From the human T2T-CHM13v2.0 reference genome, Homo sapiens: a DNA stretch of 64,000 nucleotides. The notes below the pieces were generated by a model, which was not told the DNA's origin, did not search any database, and saw only the letters and a list, made by a program, of their open reading frames with translations. How positions within the stretch are numbered: the first letter of the stretch is position 1; every line of letters starts with the position of its first letter. Positions 1 to 13,770 of the stretch are shown here, piece by piece. The DNA is taken from the NCBI RefSeq assembly GCF_009914755.1, contig NC_060934.1; one strand, written 5' to 3'. Both the position numbers and the translations under genes were made by a program.

Positions 1-308
1 GTGCCCTATGGATTTTGGACTTGCGTGGGACCTTTAGCCCCTTTGTTTTGGCTAATTTTTTCTCATTTGGAATGGATGAATTTACCCAAAGCTTGTACCC
101 CCATTGTATCTAGGAAGTAACTAACTTCCTTTTGATTTTACAGACTCATAGGTGGAAGGGACTTGCCTTGTCTTAGATAAGAGGTTAGACCTGAACTTTG
201 CATTAATCCCGGAATGAGTTAAGACTTCGGGGGATTGTTGGAAGGGCAAGGGCATAACTGTGTTTTGAAAAGTGAGGACAAGAGATATGGGTAGGGCCAG
301 TGGTGAAA
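1..308 (+). mobile_element. THE1/MST-int (ERVL-MaLR internal region, 3' end), truncated by window edge
   Basis: Characteristic MaLR-int motifs (ccccattgtatctaggaagtaactaac..., ggtggaagggacttgccttgtct) running directly into a THE1 LTR. Confidence 0.85.
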
Positions 309-680
309 TAATGTGGTTTAGCTCTGTGTCCCCACCCAAATCTCACCTTGAATTGTAATAATCCCCATGTGTTAAGGGCGGGACCAGGTGGAGGTAATCA
401 GATCATGGCAGTGGTTTCCTCCATGTTGTTTTTGTGATAATGAGTGAGTCTCATGAGATTTGATGGTTTTATAAGCATCTGGCATTTCCCCTGCTTGCAC
501 TCACTCCATCCTGCCACCCTGTGAAGAAGGTGCTTGCTTCTTCTTTGCCTTCCATCATGATTGTAAGTGTCCTGAGGTCTCCCTAGAAATGTGGAACTGT
601 GAGTCAATTAAACCTCTTTCCTCTATAAATTACCTAGTCTTGGGTATTTCTTCATAGCAGTGTGAGAATAGAGCAATGAA
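309..680 (+). mobile_element. THE1D-like LTR (3' LTR of THE1 element)
   Basis: tgtgtccccacccaaatctcaccttgaattgtaa start; ataagcatctggcatttcccctgcttgcac; ggaactgtgagtcaattaaacctctttc near the end. Confidence 0.85.
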
Positions 681-689
681 CTAGTTATA

Positions 690-840
690 ACTTTTGGCAT
701 GTAAATTAAGCTCTCTGAATTTCAACTTTCTCACTGATAAGATGGGGAAAATAATACTTCACTTACAAAGTCAGTGTGAAAGAGATGACGTATTTAAAGT
801 GTTTTACACATTACCAGACAATAAGTAAACATTCAACATG
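690..840 (+). mobile_element. MIR fragment
   Basis: ctctgaatttcaactttctcactgataagatggggaaaataatac resembles the MIR core; aataagtaaacattcaac resembles the MIR 3' end. Confidence 0.65.
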
Positions 841-1189
841 TATATTACGATTATATATCTTAATTTATTTTGCTGGGACTTTTTCCTCCATTTACTCCCA
901 TCTCATCCTCACAACGCTGATGACAAATGAAAACTGTTTTACTACAGTTCCTCTAACCTCACACACACACATACACTACTGTCCTTGTAGGAATTTTTAT
1001 TAATTAAGATCACTTTTTCTCTTCCATCATTAATATCTGGGTAACTGCCACCAATTAATTGTTGTTGGCTAAAAAGTTGAAATCCAATTTCTATTTATAA
1101 CTTAGAATGCAATAATATTTTATCTTCTGACCTTCCTAGTTGTGACAGGGAGCTCATTGTCATGTTAAATCTATTATATCTTTCTTCCA

Positions 1190-1700
1190 TTTGAAAGAGA
1201 ATGTTATGTGAGCATGTAGCTGCCTAGCCAAGAATTTTATTTCCAAGTCTCTTGAAAGTGGCCAACTTCAATTATGAAGATGAGAACAATTCCCTTGGTC
1301 TTAGGAAATGGTGGAGAAAGAAGAACCTCAGTCCCAGATAGAATGGCTGTCCCAAAACTGTCCCACTAATCTCCAAACTATTACAAAAAAGGTTAAAGAA
1401 ACTGCTATTGTGTTTTAGAAAATCATTATCATAACATTTGCACCATACCTATGCAGAATTGTTACCAGAAATGGTCTATCCTCCCCAATGTAGCATGAAT
1501 GTATCATGAAAATAGAAAATATTGTTGCTACCACTCTTTGGTATATAGGTGCATGTAGAATGATGCCAACAGGCTAGTGGACTAGCATGACCTTCTGCAG
1601 GATAATGATACAATCAAGTTTCCTGTGGACTAGACTTTGATAGAGAATTAGAGAGGGGATGTATCCCTGGGCTAACAAAACAAAAGTCTACTGTTGACCA
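1190..1700 (+). mobile_element. Old MLT1-type LTR plus start of internal region (degenerate)
   Basis: MLT1-like tract ending in gcagaattgttaccagaaatgg, resembling the MaLR LTR/int junction. Confidence 0.35.
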
Positions 1701-1709
1701 ATGATGCGG

Positions 1710-2183
1710 AGATTTTCTGCTATGTTTTCTTCACGTAGCTTTACAGTATCAGGTCTGAAATTTACATCTTTAATCCATTTTGAGTTGATTTTTGTTTAGG
1801 GTATGAGATAAGATGCCAATTTCATTTTTCTGCATGTGAATATACAGTTTTCCCAACACCATTTATTAAGGAGATTGTCCTTTCCCCATTGTATGTTCTT
1901 TTGGCAACTTTGTCAAAAATCAATTGATCATAAATACTTGTGTTTATATATGGATTTTCCATCGTATTCCTGTGGTCGATTTTATGCCAGTGCCATGCTG
2001 TTTTGATTATAATAGCTTTATAATATATTTGGAAATCAAGTAATGTGATGCCTTAAGCTTTATTCTTTCTATTCAAGATTATTTTGGCTCTTCAGAGTAT
2101 CTCATGGTTGCATACAAAAGTTAGAATTATTTTTTCCATTTTTCTGAAAAAGCTGACTTTGGAATTTGGATAACGATTACATT
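1710..2183 (-). mobile_element. L1M (L1MA/MB-age) ORF2 fragment, antisense
   Basis: tctttaatccattttgagttgatttttg...cagttttcccaacaccatttatt is the reverse complement of L1 ORF2. Confidence 0.9.
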
Positions 2184-2223
2184 TATCTTATATGTAAAAA
2201 CCCTAAAGACTCCATGAAAAAAA

Positions 2224-2254
<31 letters not shown>

Positions 2255-2565
2255 AACAGAACTGATAAATTCAGTAAAGCTTTAGGTTACAAAACTAACA
2301 ACAAAAACCAGTAGCATTTCTATGCACTAACAACACACTATCTGAAAAATACTTTAAGAAAACAATACCATTAATAATAGCATCAAAAATACTTAAGAGT
2401 AAATTTAAGCAAGGATGTGAAAAATCTGTACACTGAAAACTAAAACATTGGTAAAAAATTACAGAAACAAATGGAAATACATTCCATGTCATGGAATGGA
2501 AGAATTAATATTGTTAAAATGTCCATACTTCCCAATGGGTTCTACAGATTCAGTGCATTCCTTAC
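2184..2565 (+). mobile_element. L1M ORF2 fragment, sense (inverted relative to neighbour); contains (TAAA)n at ~2217-2255
   Basis: atcttatatgtaaaaaccctaaagactcc...ggaagaattaatattgttaaaatgtccatact...tctacagattcagtgc. Confidence 0.9.
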
Positions 2566-2780
2566 AGCATTTCATTTTCTTTCCTTGTTGCTCCAGTTAG
2601 CACTTAGAATAAATATTGAAAAACAAGAATAATAGCAAGTATCTTTATCTCACCTCACCTTATTTCAGAAGAATATCTTCAATTGTTCACTACTAAGTGT
2701 CTCGTTCACTAGATTATTTACAGTTACTCATTTTATCAGGTAGAAAGTTTATTTTTATTTCTGGCTTCAAAGAATTCTTA

Positions 2781-3110
<330 letters not shown>

Positions 3111-3280
3111 GTGGGACATCGAATTTTATCAAGTGCCTTTTCTACAAGTGATAACATAATTATATAATTTTATTTTATTGTCTGTTAATGTGATATATTA
3201 TATTATTAATTGATTTTTTAACATTAGTACCAGTCTATTCTTGAAACAAATCTTATTAGATTGTGATGTGTTTCACTCTG

Positions 3281-3390
3281 TATAGATTCACTTTTTATGG
3301 TTAAAAAAAGATTTACATTTATAGTAAAAAATACATAGATTTATTTTTTATAGTAAAAAATGTAGATTTACTTTTTATAGTAAAAAATAC
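3281..3390. repeat. AT-rich minisatellite, ~4 copies of a ~26-28 bp unit (agatttactttttatagtaaaaaatacat)
   Basis: Repeated units read directly. Confidence 0.8.
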
Positions 3391-3949
3391 TAACATAGGT
3401 TAAATATTTTTTCAATTACTGAGATATTAAATATGATTTTTTGATTTCATAAATAACCTTGTTATTATGATTTTTAAAATTTTTGTCTTATGTAATGCTG
3501 GTGTTATATTTTACTTACCTGTTTATTAGATGTAATCATTGAAATAATATGTACCTACAGTTTGCTTTGTGAAAAAACTTTTATAACATTAATCTTCTTT
3601 AATGTTTGTTGAATTATTTAGATTTTTTATGTTACCATCTGTAAATTTTGGTAAGTTTTTCTTCCCAAAGATATTTGCCATACATATTTATTCAAGTTTA
3701 TTGGCAGAAAATTATTCTTAATTTAAAAAATATATGTAGGATCTATAACGATGTCTTCACTTCTGATAAAACTAATTTTCATTTCTTATCTTTCTGTTGA
3801 TCATTGTTACTAGAGTTTTATCAATTGTATTAATCTTGTAAAATAATAAACTTAGAGCTTGTCTAGTGTAGCCTATTTAATGTTTGTCTTTAATTATTTC
3901 TACTTATTATTATTGTTCTCTTAAGAGGTTGATTTGCTATCTAGATTAC

Positions 3950-4249
3950 TTTTGTTTGTTTGTTTGTTTTAGAGACAGGGTCTCTGTTGCTCAGGCTGGA
4001 GTGCAGTGGTGCAATCATAGTTCACTGCATCCTAGAACTTTGGACTCAAGCAATCCTCCTACCTCAGCCTCCCAAGTAGCTGGGAATACAGGGAGACGCC
4101 ACCACACATGGCTGATTTTTGTAATTGTTTTGTAAAAGTAGGGTCTTGCTATGTTACCCACACTGGTCTTGAACTCCTGGGCTCTATCAGTCTTCCTGCC
4201 TCAACTTCTCAAGTGTTAAGATTACAGGTATACACCACTGCACTCAGCT
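3950..4249 (-). mobile_element. AluJ
   Basis: agacagggtctc, caatcatagttcactgca, tcaagcaatcctcc AluJ diagnostics; (TTTG)n tail. Confidence 0.92.
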
Positions 4250-4379
4250 TAGATTCTTAAATTATAACATTAAATCATTAATTTTGAGCATATATATTAT
4301 ATATATATATGATACTTTAATTCCAAGTTATATATTCCTATATTAACTATGATTTAATTAGTTGCATCCTGCAAGGTTT

Positions 4380-4677
4380 TTATTTGGGGGGTGGTGGGGG
4401 CAGGGTCTCACTTTGTTGCCCAGGCTGGAGTGCAATGCCCACTATCATGGTTCTCTGCATCCTTGAACTCCCAGGCTTAAGCGATCCTCCCATTTCAGCC
4501 TCCTGTGTAGCGTGACTAGAGGCACCCACACCACACCTATATAATTTTAGTATTTTTTGTAGATATGGGGTTTTGCCATGTTGCCTAGGGTGGTCTAGAA
4601 CTCCTGCGTTCAAGTGATCCTCCTGCCTTGGTCTCCTGAAGTGCTGGAATTACAGGTGTAAGCCACCACAACCAGCC
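4380..4677 (-). mobile_element. AluJ
   Basis: cagggtctcactttgttgcccaggctgg...; degenerate TSD ctgcaag(g)tttt on both sides. Confidence 0.92.
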
Positions 4678-4949
4678 TGTTCTGCAAGTTTTGACACACC
4701 ACATAATATTATCATTTAATTAAACATGATTTATATTTTCTTCTATGCTGCCTTCTTTATTCTATTAGTTATTTAGAAATACATGTTTTAATTTCCAAAC
4801 AGTTGAAGATGTTTTAGCTATATGATGGCGTTTTCTACTTTAATTCCATAGTGGTTATAGAGTATACTTTGGATGATTTTACTTTTTGGAATTTATTAAC
4901 ATATGTGGATTTTATGTGTGTATGATATTTACAGTAGAATGGGGAGAGT

Positions 4950-5078
4950 ATGCTTAAACTAGGTTCACACTTGGCTTAATATTCTGCTGTTGTAATCCTG
5001 AAATTCTTAGCTACTTTGAGCATAGATTCACATACTTTGTCTTGCACTGGGCCTCACAAATTATATATCCTGCCCTGC
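4950..5078 (-). mobile_element. MER91A-like hAT DNA transposon fragment
   Basis: ttgcactgggcctcacaaattatatatcctgccctg matches the recalled MER91 terminus. Confidence 0.55.
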
Positions 5079-7832
5079 AGTAGGGTCATGATTGCTAACT
5101 GTGTTGTTTTCATCTTTTAAAATAATCAGGTTATATAAAAAATATAGCAGGTACAGATAATGCCTTCCTCTTCTAGTGGAGATTCACTGATTTCTCCTCT
5201 AGTCAAAAAGTAAAAGGGTAATTCCATTAATCTCTTTAGAAACTAAGATCAGATGAGGTTGGGTTGCATGTTTTCCTAGTGAGTTTACATTGTTTGAAAA
5301 AACATTAAAATGTTCATGATCCTCCTTGTTCTTATCATATACTTTTTGTCTTATATTTTCACTATCCAAAAGCTAAAATATAGAAATAATCCTTCACATT
5401 ATGCAATATTTTACTCTAGTGGCTAGAGAGGAGTCTCCTTAATAATAGGTCAGTATATCTTCTTTCTGTGTCTAGAAATGGTAAGCAGTTTTGTTCGTGC
5501 CATCTTGGCTTCCTGTTTAAACCTTCTTTTGGGACATAACCCATCCTCCCTTTTGGAATTAAACATCCTTGTTGCAACTTATCCATTTTTTTCTTTCTTT
5601 TATCTGGTCTACATCAGTCCCTGAAACCAATTCTTAACACATCCACCTGAAGATAGCTCATCAATATCATCTATCTGATTTCCATTCCACTAAAGTTAAG
5701 AGATATGCTATTTGAGAGTATCTATAAATTCTCCTGAGATACATTTGAAAAACCTTCATCCATATTGCCCTGCTCAGTGAAATACATTAATGGGAAAGAC
5801 ACGTTTCAGATAAGGCTTTAATTTGTCATTACAGCCATGTCAAAAATATAAATGATTATTATATCATTGGGGTATTAGCTATAAAACATTTTTTACAGGA
5901 TTATGAGCTAAATGCTTTGTGATTATCTGGATGAATAACTTATTGCTTAGGACATAACCAAGAGCTACAAGAGCCTTTACAGTGTTAGGTCGCTGAGGAA
6001 AACTATTGCTTACATGAATCTATATGCTTAATAAACATATCAAAATGAAATTACAGATGTGAACTATATTAACGGAGAGTAGTGAATTTTATTTCAACCA
6101 CATAGTAACAAATTGAAATGTCATGCACCAAAAGAAAAGCTCTTGGGAGCATTTGTTGACTAAAAAATGTTTTCTTTGAAATAACTATTCCTTGCAGTTA
6201 ATCATACATAATTATTTTATTGTAAGTTATGCTGATGTTATCACTTAGAATTCTGAAATCTGATGGAAGATACATTCACTTAGCAAGGGAAAATACATTA
6301 CTATCAATGACAAACTAGACAGAAGCTATCTTGGCTTAACAGCTGGGCATTTTTGTCAAGATATGTGACTAGTTTAATGGTTACCAAATGACATAATTCC
6401 CAGAAGTCATGTTTGTCTTATTTACTGGTCTCTCCTATAACAAAGCTGATGAAGATCACTAACTTAAAAGCCTCAAAAGTAATAGATACGAATAACAACC
6501 AACCTAAATGGAAAATAAGACATTTTCTTTTCCTTTTATAAATAGTATTTTCCATTCAATAAACTCTGAAGTTTGCAAAATGGATGCATGCATAAGGGTT
6601 GATATTCTACATTTTCCACAGAGATGTTCACCATGTATTCTTTTTTTAAAATAACTTTAAAAGATGCTTTCACCAATAACTCTTTTGTACATGAGAAGCA
6701 CGTATAGATTTAATTTTACCAACTTCATCACTTTGTTTCAGGGCTATAGCAGGAGTTTTAATGACAGAAAACAACAACTCTCACAAAGTGACTCAAACAA
6801 ATAAGGAAACATAAGGTACATTAAAAATTTCTATATGTAAAAGCTCTACAAATGCATTTATAACAATAATATTTCCATTAAATGTTTTCTTTCACACCTG
6901 AATTTTATATATACACACACACACATACACATCTATAAATATACACTCATACATGTGTATATAATTCAAATTATTCTTTTGACTTCAGTAATCATAAATT
7001 ATCTTTATCATTGACCAATGTAGATTACTTATAATTTTTCTTAGTTGATTTTACAACTATGAACACCCCAAAACTTAAAAATTAATAAAACCCCAAAATA
7101 CCAAATGAATTAACAGCATGATTTTTGCAGGATAGGTGACTTTTCAATGTTAGCAATAAATAATTGACTTGGGGTTTAGAACTGAGCAATATTAGGCCAA
7201 GTCCAATACTGTATTTAATTCATTTTTCTGTTTTGACTTCAATTATTCTATTGCAGAGTATACCTCTTTATATAACTGCATTGTAGAATATAGAATTAAA
7301 ATGTTAAGCCTTCCTATTTATTTGAATACTCTTTAAGAATGAGTTATTGCTACTTTTTAGTATGTGTCATTTAGTAATTGTAAAACTAGCCACTTAAATA
7401 TAAACTTCAATTATATCAATTAAATCAATTATATATTTTAGTTCAATTAAAATTTTATGTATCAATTAAATCATATTTAAATTGATATCTACTTCAATTA
7501 TTTATTGAATGTTTCCTACAGCTTCATAGCAGGTATTTGCAAGTTGGTACACAGAACATGTGATGTTGAGCACAGAAATACTCTCTTCAAAGTACAAATA
7601 TGATACACTCTATTGTTTTTATGTGGGGGCATACACTAAAGTAAGCTCTGTGACAAATTAATTTCCTCAACTCTTTGTTCTATTTAAAGCACTGCAAAGT
7701 TTTATTTGCATAGTATACAATACAATGTGACTTTTATTTAATGCAAACATGACAGAAAACGTTCAAATTTAGGTGTGTAAATGTTTAGGACTCCAGATAT
7801 AATAGTCATTATATACAATATGCTAGTGTTAC

Positions 7833-8617
7833 TGATAGGGACAGGAGGCAGAGAAATTTTAGGTAGAAAAGTAGAAAAGGGTGGGGTCCCTGGCAAGGGC
7901 CCCACCCTCAAGCCTGGAACTGTGGCCCAAAGCGAGACCTTTACTTCCCCTTTGTCCCACCTGAATGTTGCCTTTTCCAAAACCACTCCTGGCCTGCCCG
8001 ACATCCTGTACCCATAAAAACCCCTACCCGCCTGGCAGAGAGCAGAGAAGGAGAGAAGAGAAGAAGCAGTCAGACATCGGAGAGAAGCAGTTTGACTTCA
8101 GGGAGATGGCTTGAGGGCAGGACTTGGGAGAAGGGTTCCACCTGACCGCTGGACTCTAGGGAAAGATCGCCTTCCTGCTCCATCCCCCTCCCAGCTCTCC
8201 TACTGCTGAATGCCACTTTCATCAGCAATAAAATCCTCTGCATTTACCACCCTTCAATTTGTTTGTGTGACCTCATTCCTCCTGGATGCTGGACAAGGAC
8301 TCGGGTTCAATTGCAAAAGGCTGTCACACTGACCCTCCCCTGAGCTGTTAACACTTAAGCCATCCTCAGACAGCAAAGGTAAAAGAGCGCACTGTTACAC
8401 ACACTCTCTGGAGCTTCAGGGGTTGCAGGTATCCCCCAGAAGCTGCTGCAGGGCTGCACACAAAAGCAGGAGATTTGCTCCTGCCCGTGCTCAGAAGCAC
8501 TCACTTGAGCTCCTGTACCTGCTCACCCACTTGCTTCCCCTCCCCTGAGGGGCTGAAAGCTGCAGGCCAAGTAAGCAAGTTATCCTGCAAAGGGGTCAAG
8601 GAAAAGTTTCTCTTTCG
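7833..8617 (+). mobile_element. Solo ERV1 LTR, LTR1 family
   Basis: Starts TGATAGGGACAGGAGGCAG...ggccccaccctcaagcctgg; AATAAA at ~8227; ends ggggtcaag...tttcg; 4-bp TSD ttac/ttat. Confidence 0.8.
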
Positions 8618-9188
8618 TTATTTTTAGGAATATCACAGAAAAAAAGCACAAAATTGTTAAAATCTTGCAAATAATAAATGACACTCAAAGAACATCACAC
8701 ATAATTCCATATGTATCAATTTGAGCAACATTGCACTGAGCCACAATAAATCTGTGCAGAACAAATTATATCCTTTTACTATAAACATTAAACAATATAA
8801 AACAACACATAATTTTCCTGTGCTTTGTTATCACCATCATAACCATCATTTTGATGTGTATTATTTAAACTTTGTGTGGACCTAGTGTTCTAGACAATTC
8901 TATTATCAGAAAGATGAACCTCTCTTGTCCTTCGGTAATTAATAGTTTCATTTGCATCTACTCGCACATTCAACTTTTCATTCAGTTCTGAAAGTACACA
9001 TGGGTTCACTCATTCATTCTTTCATTCACTTCAGAAAGCACACATCCTCTCCAAGTATTCTTTGCAGTACAATAGGAAAAATTATATTGTTACTAAGTGA
9101 CAGCAAACAGAATATCATAAAATATTGGCATTTTGAGGCTTAGCAGAGATAACTGTAATCTATTTTGACTTCAGTTATACAATTATAA

Positions 9189-9565
<377 letters not shown>

Positions 9566-10638
9566 ACAAACATACTTTTTTGGATGTGACACTTAATAAC
9601 TAGGAAGCCAGACATTTTAGTTAAAAAATAACTTAAATCTGCAGTGTTAATGAATCCTGAATTAAGTGGATATCTCTTCCAATTATTCTTGAAATAGAAC
9701 GTATTTATAAATATTTACTACTGCTTTATAGTAAATTGCTTCAAGTTGAGAGAATGGAGAATGGTAGCAAACTAATTAAAATTTGAAGTGTAACTAACAC
9801 CGTAACATATGTCTAAAATTAATGTCTGATAGATGAGTGCTCAAAATAGAAAGCATAATTTAAAATTTACTTATTAAAGGATTTAAATATTAATAATATT
9901 TTGATGTATAAACATTGCTAATGCAAAAGTATTTGTGAACATACGGAATTATAAACACATACAGAAAAGATGGTTTGCTCTTTTATAAAAAGAAAATATT
10001 TGGGTTGGGTCATTAAAGATTACCTTTGTCCATCATAGATTTAAAAACAAAGATCTAGACAAAACTTATTTTTATCTCCACATAACTAGGGAATGAGGGA
10101 ACCAAAAATGAAAGCTTAGCTTTCTTCACCTTTTCTACTCATTTCTTCAGTTTGAACTGAAAAAAAAATAGAATTTTCTCAAGTAAAATAAGTTCACTTT
10201 AAACAAAAGGTGGTTCGCTGGTTTAGGATAGCTCTTAACATTTTCTGAAGATAATGCTTTGTTTCATGCAGTATTAAATCCTTATTAACAAGTGTTTATG
10301 GTATATTCAGAAGCTTAGAAATTTTTCTCTGACTTCTGCAGATGTTCTTCCGAGTAAATATTTGAGAAACACTGAAGAATGCATACATTAACTGCTGCCT
10401 AATCTGGTGGTATGGAAACAGGCCCTGAGTAATAGAGTGCTGGCACAGAGTAGACACCAATTCTTTACTGAAAAATTAAATATAGGAATAAACACATGGC
10501 AACTAAGCATTAGGAAATGCCAGAACCTGAGTTATTTGAAGGCAAAAACTATGTCTCTTTCATCTCCAAATATTTGTAATTTAGTCTTTTAATTTAGTTC
10601 CCTGGAAACAGAATGTGAGAGAGATTTTCACGTAGAAG

Positions 10639-11902
10639 TGAGAGGTGACAGCATGCTGACCGCCCTCGCAGCCCTCGCGCTCTCTCGGTGCTTCTTCCTC
10701 CTTGGTGCCCATTCTGGCTGCGCTTGAGGAGCCCTTCAGCCCGCCGCTGCACCATGGGAGCCCTTCTCTGGGCTGGCCGAGGCCAAAACCAGCTCCCTCG
10801 GCTTGCCGGGAGGTGTGGAGGGAGAGGCACGGGCAGGAACTGGGGCTGCGCACGGCCCTTGCGAGCCAGCTGGAGTTCTGGGTGGGCATGGGCTTGGCAG
10901 CCCCACATTCAGAGTGACCCACCGGCCCTGCCAGCCCCAGGCAGTGAAGGGCTTAGCACCCGGGCCAGCAGCTGCAGAGGGTGTGCCAGGTCCCCCAGCA
11001 GTGCTGGCCCACCGGCTCTGCGGTCGATTTCTTGCTGGTCCTTAGCTGCCTCCCCGCAGGGCAGAGCTCGGGACCTGCAGCCTGCCATGCCTGAGCCTCC
11101 CCTCCCCCGGCCACGGGCTCTTGCACAGCCTGAGCCTACCGGAGAGCGCTGCTCCCTGCTCCACAGCACCCAGTCCCGTCGACCACTCAAGGGCTGAGGA
11201 GTGCAGGCGCATGGTGCGGGACTGGCAGGCAGCTCCACCTGCAGCCCCAGGGCGGCATCCACTGGGTGAAGCCAGCTGAGCTCCTCAATCTGGTGAGGAC
11301 TTGGAAAATCTTTATGTCTAGCTAAGGGATTGTGAATGCACCAATTGGCACTGTGTATCTAGCTCAAGGTTTGTAAATGCACCAATCCACACTCTGTATC
11401 TAGCTAATCTAGTGGGGACATGGAGAACTTTTGTGTCTAGCTCAGGGATTGTAAATGCACCAATCAGCACCCTGTCCAAACGGACCAATCAGGTCTCTGT
11501 AAAACAGACCAATGGGATCTCTGTAAAATGGACCAATCAGCAGGATGTGGGTGGGGCCAGATAAGGGAATAAAAGCAGGCTGCCCAAACCAGCAGTGGCA
11601 ACCTTCTGGTCATACTGTGGAATTCTTGTTTTTTCACTCTTTCCAATAAAGCTTGCTATTGCTAATGCTTTGGGTCCACACTGCCTTTATGAGCTGTAAC
11701 ACTCACCACAAAGGTCTGCAGCTTCACTTCTAAGCCAACAAGACCACGAACCCACCAGAAGGAAGAAACTCCAAACACATCCGAATATCAGAAGGAAGAA
11801 ACTCCGGACACGTCGCCTTTAAGAACTGTAACACTCACCACGAGGGTCCGTGGCTTCATTCTTCAAGTCAGTGAGACCAAGAACTCACCAATTCCGGACA
11901 CA
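10639..11902 (+). mobile_element. Solo LTR12 (HERV9 LTR; LTR12D/C-like)
   Basis: TGAGAGGTGACAGC start, GC-rich U3, CCAAT tandem repeats, ends CCAATTCCGGACACA; perfect 4-bp TSD GAAG (10635-10638 / 11903-11906). Confidence 0.95.
11330..11590 (+). promoter_or_regulatory. LTR12 U3 enhancer/promoter: six CCAAT (NF-Y) boxes, GATA motif, AATAAA TATA-like element
   Basis: CCAAT at 11341, 11382, 11460, 11485, 11509, 11533; cagataagggaataaaagcaggctgccc at ~11559-11586. Confidence 0.7.
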
Positions 11903-12469
11903 GAAGTTTATTGGGCAGTGCTCTTAGAAACAGCCATCTTAAGGGGAGGAAGCTGGTAGGACGAGGGGGAAGAATTTGAATTGTAATGCAGTGGTAACAG
12001 ACACCATAGGGGCTCCCAGAGAGATCATGGAAGCTAGTGTGACAGTTCAGTTAAACCACATTGTGTCAAAGGGAACAGATGTTTGTACCCCTGAATCAAC
12101 CAGTTACTGAATGAAAGCTACTACTGGGGAGACAGCATGAACTTAAAAAAAAAGCTGTCTTTTATAAATGCAAATTGCTGAGCAAAGAATGGCTGTTAGT
12201 AGCCAACATGTTCAAAACGTGGGAGACTGTATAGCTTAGTCCAAAAGGGGGTTGTGTGTGGCACACCATATCATCCACTACACATAGAGAAATCTTAATG
12301 CCAATGGATTTTAACTTTTTTCCATTTTTTTTCTTTTCATCTATAAGATGGAAGGGGAATTTGTGTGTGGGTATAGATGTTGGGTATAGAGAGATAAGTT
12401 TCACATGATACAAGATAAATTGTCCCTGTTCTTAGAACATAGGCAACAACTGATGAGAAAGAGAGGTAT

Positions 12470-12868
12470 AGTGTGACAAGTGCCTCACCTAGCTAGGCAA
12501 AGGAATATGCTCACCACCTGAACCTTGAAGGCTGGGCAGTGAGCCAAGGCTATTGGGTTCAGCAAAGGAGCAGGTGTTCCTAAGAACCTAAACATCCCAG
12601 AAAGTGTTTGAGAACCTACCAAGGAAACCAGTCTCATCGTTTAAACACAGTAGGCAAAGAGCCAGAAAATAAGCATAAAAGTAGTTTAGAGACAAGGGGC
12701 AGCGGGGATGTCTAAAGCCCTCCTGCTAGCATCCAGGAGTTTCTCATATATGATACGTAATAAACTCATCTACTTGCCAAGTTGGATTTGTCAGGGCATT
12801 TTTGGTCTCTCAACTTGCTTTGTTTGGGGAAAGATTTTTTTTTAATGTGATTCTGGGTTTTCTCACTG
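12470..12868 (+). mobile_element. Solo LTR (LTR32-like, ERVL; family tentative)
   Basis: gagaacctaccaaggaaaccagtctcatcg...aataaactcatctacttgccaag...gggttttctcac LTR architecture. Confidence 0.6.
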
Positions 12869-13599
12869 TATGAGGTATTTTAATAAATATTTTATATGGA
12901 TTCTATGTTGTCTTTGGGCTCTAAATTGATATAGTTTTTTTGTTATGCTATAGTCATCTTTAGTCTTTCTTCAGCATTGAAGATATCAAATGAGTCTACA
13001 GTTTACAGGTGCTATCTTTGGTTTATATCTTTATTTTCTATTATGAATGGGTAAAGTTCCAATCACTAATAACCCCTATTTCTGGGGGAGCTTCCATATG
13101 TTACTGCTGATGTATTTAATGTTAAATAATGATAGAAGTCTAGAACGAATAAGCCAAATTTGTACAGAAATGCAACTGAAAGTTTAATAATTCTTATTTG
13201 TTTCCTTTATGTTTGTTATGAAAATAGGAGACATGGGAACTCCCTTCATGTGCAAATTCTGATCTAGCCTGTAAGATACTCTGTACTTCGCATTTCTGAT
13301 GAACAGGCTAAAAGTGGAAATGTCTCTGTGTGAGGAGAAGAAACTCAGGGAAAGGATGTTGCTGGCTACCTTGTGGAGGAAGATGGTTTCCAAATAGTAT
13401 TATATTATTTGGTACAAAGAGAAGGAAGACTAGGGCTTATGCACTTTTAGCTCCAACCTTGGCCATCAATTCATAAAAAGAGAATGGATTAAAGAATTTC
13501 TCAAGGTTCAATTGAACTATGCAATTCACACTCGTGGTGTTTCTATGTCCCATGTACTCTTTTATATGCTTTACAGAAATTATATAATTAAATATTCAT

Positions 13600-13770
13600 A
13601 AGAATGCTATAAAACAGATGCTAAAATCATTCTTATTTCACAAGTGAAGACACTAAATTATAAACATGTTAAGAAAGATACTAAATACTAGGTATCGAGT
13701 TACTACAGAATTTTGGGAATCAACCCCCATTTGTCTCTTGTTCCAGAGTGCATGCTATAAAAACTACTCT
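13600..13770 (-). mobile_element. MIR fragment
   Basis: cattcttatttcacaagtgaagacactaa resembles the antisense MIR core. Confidence 0.45.

Larger units (their letters stand above)
10585..12281 (-). mobile_element. LTR16-family (ERVL) LTR, split by the LTR12 insertion
   Basis: cctggaaacagaatgtgagagagatttt...gaag|tttattgggcagtgctc...gaattgtaatgcagt reads continuously across the LTR12 TSD. Confidence 0.65.

Noticed and set aside
10581-11262. Cluster of overlapping ORFs up to 169 aa
   Set aside because: They lie in or mostly in the GC-rich U3 of LTR12, where stops are rare on both strands; no recognisable protein
11330-11545. Regularly spaced repeats resembling a CRISPR-like array (also 22440-22590, 3281-3390)
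   Set aside because: Known LTR12 CCAAT tandem units or a simple minisatellite; no unique spacers; eukaryotic DNA
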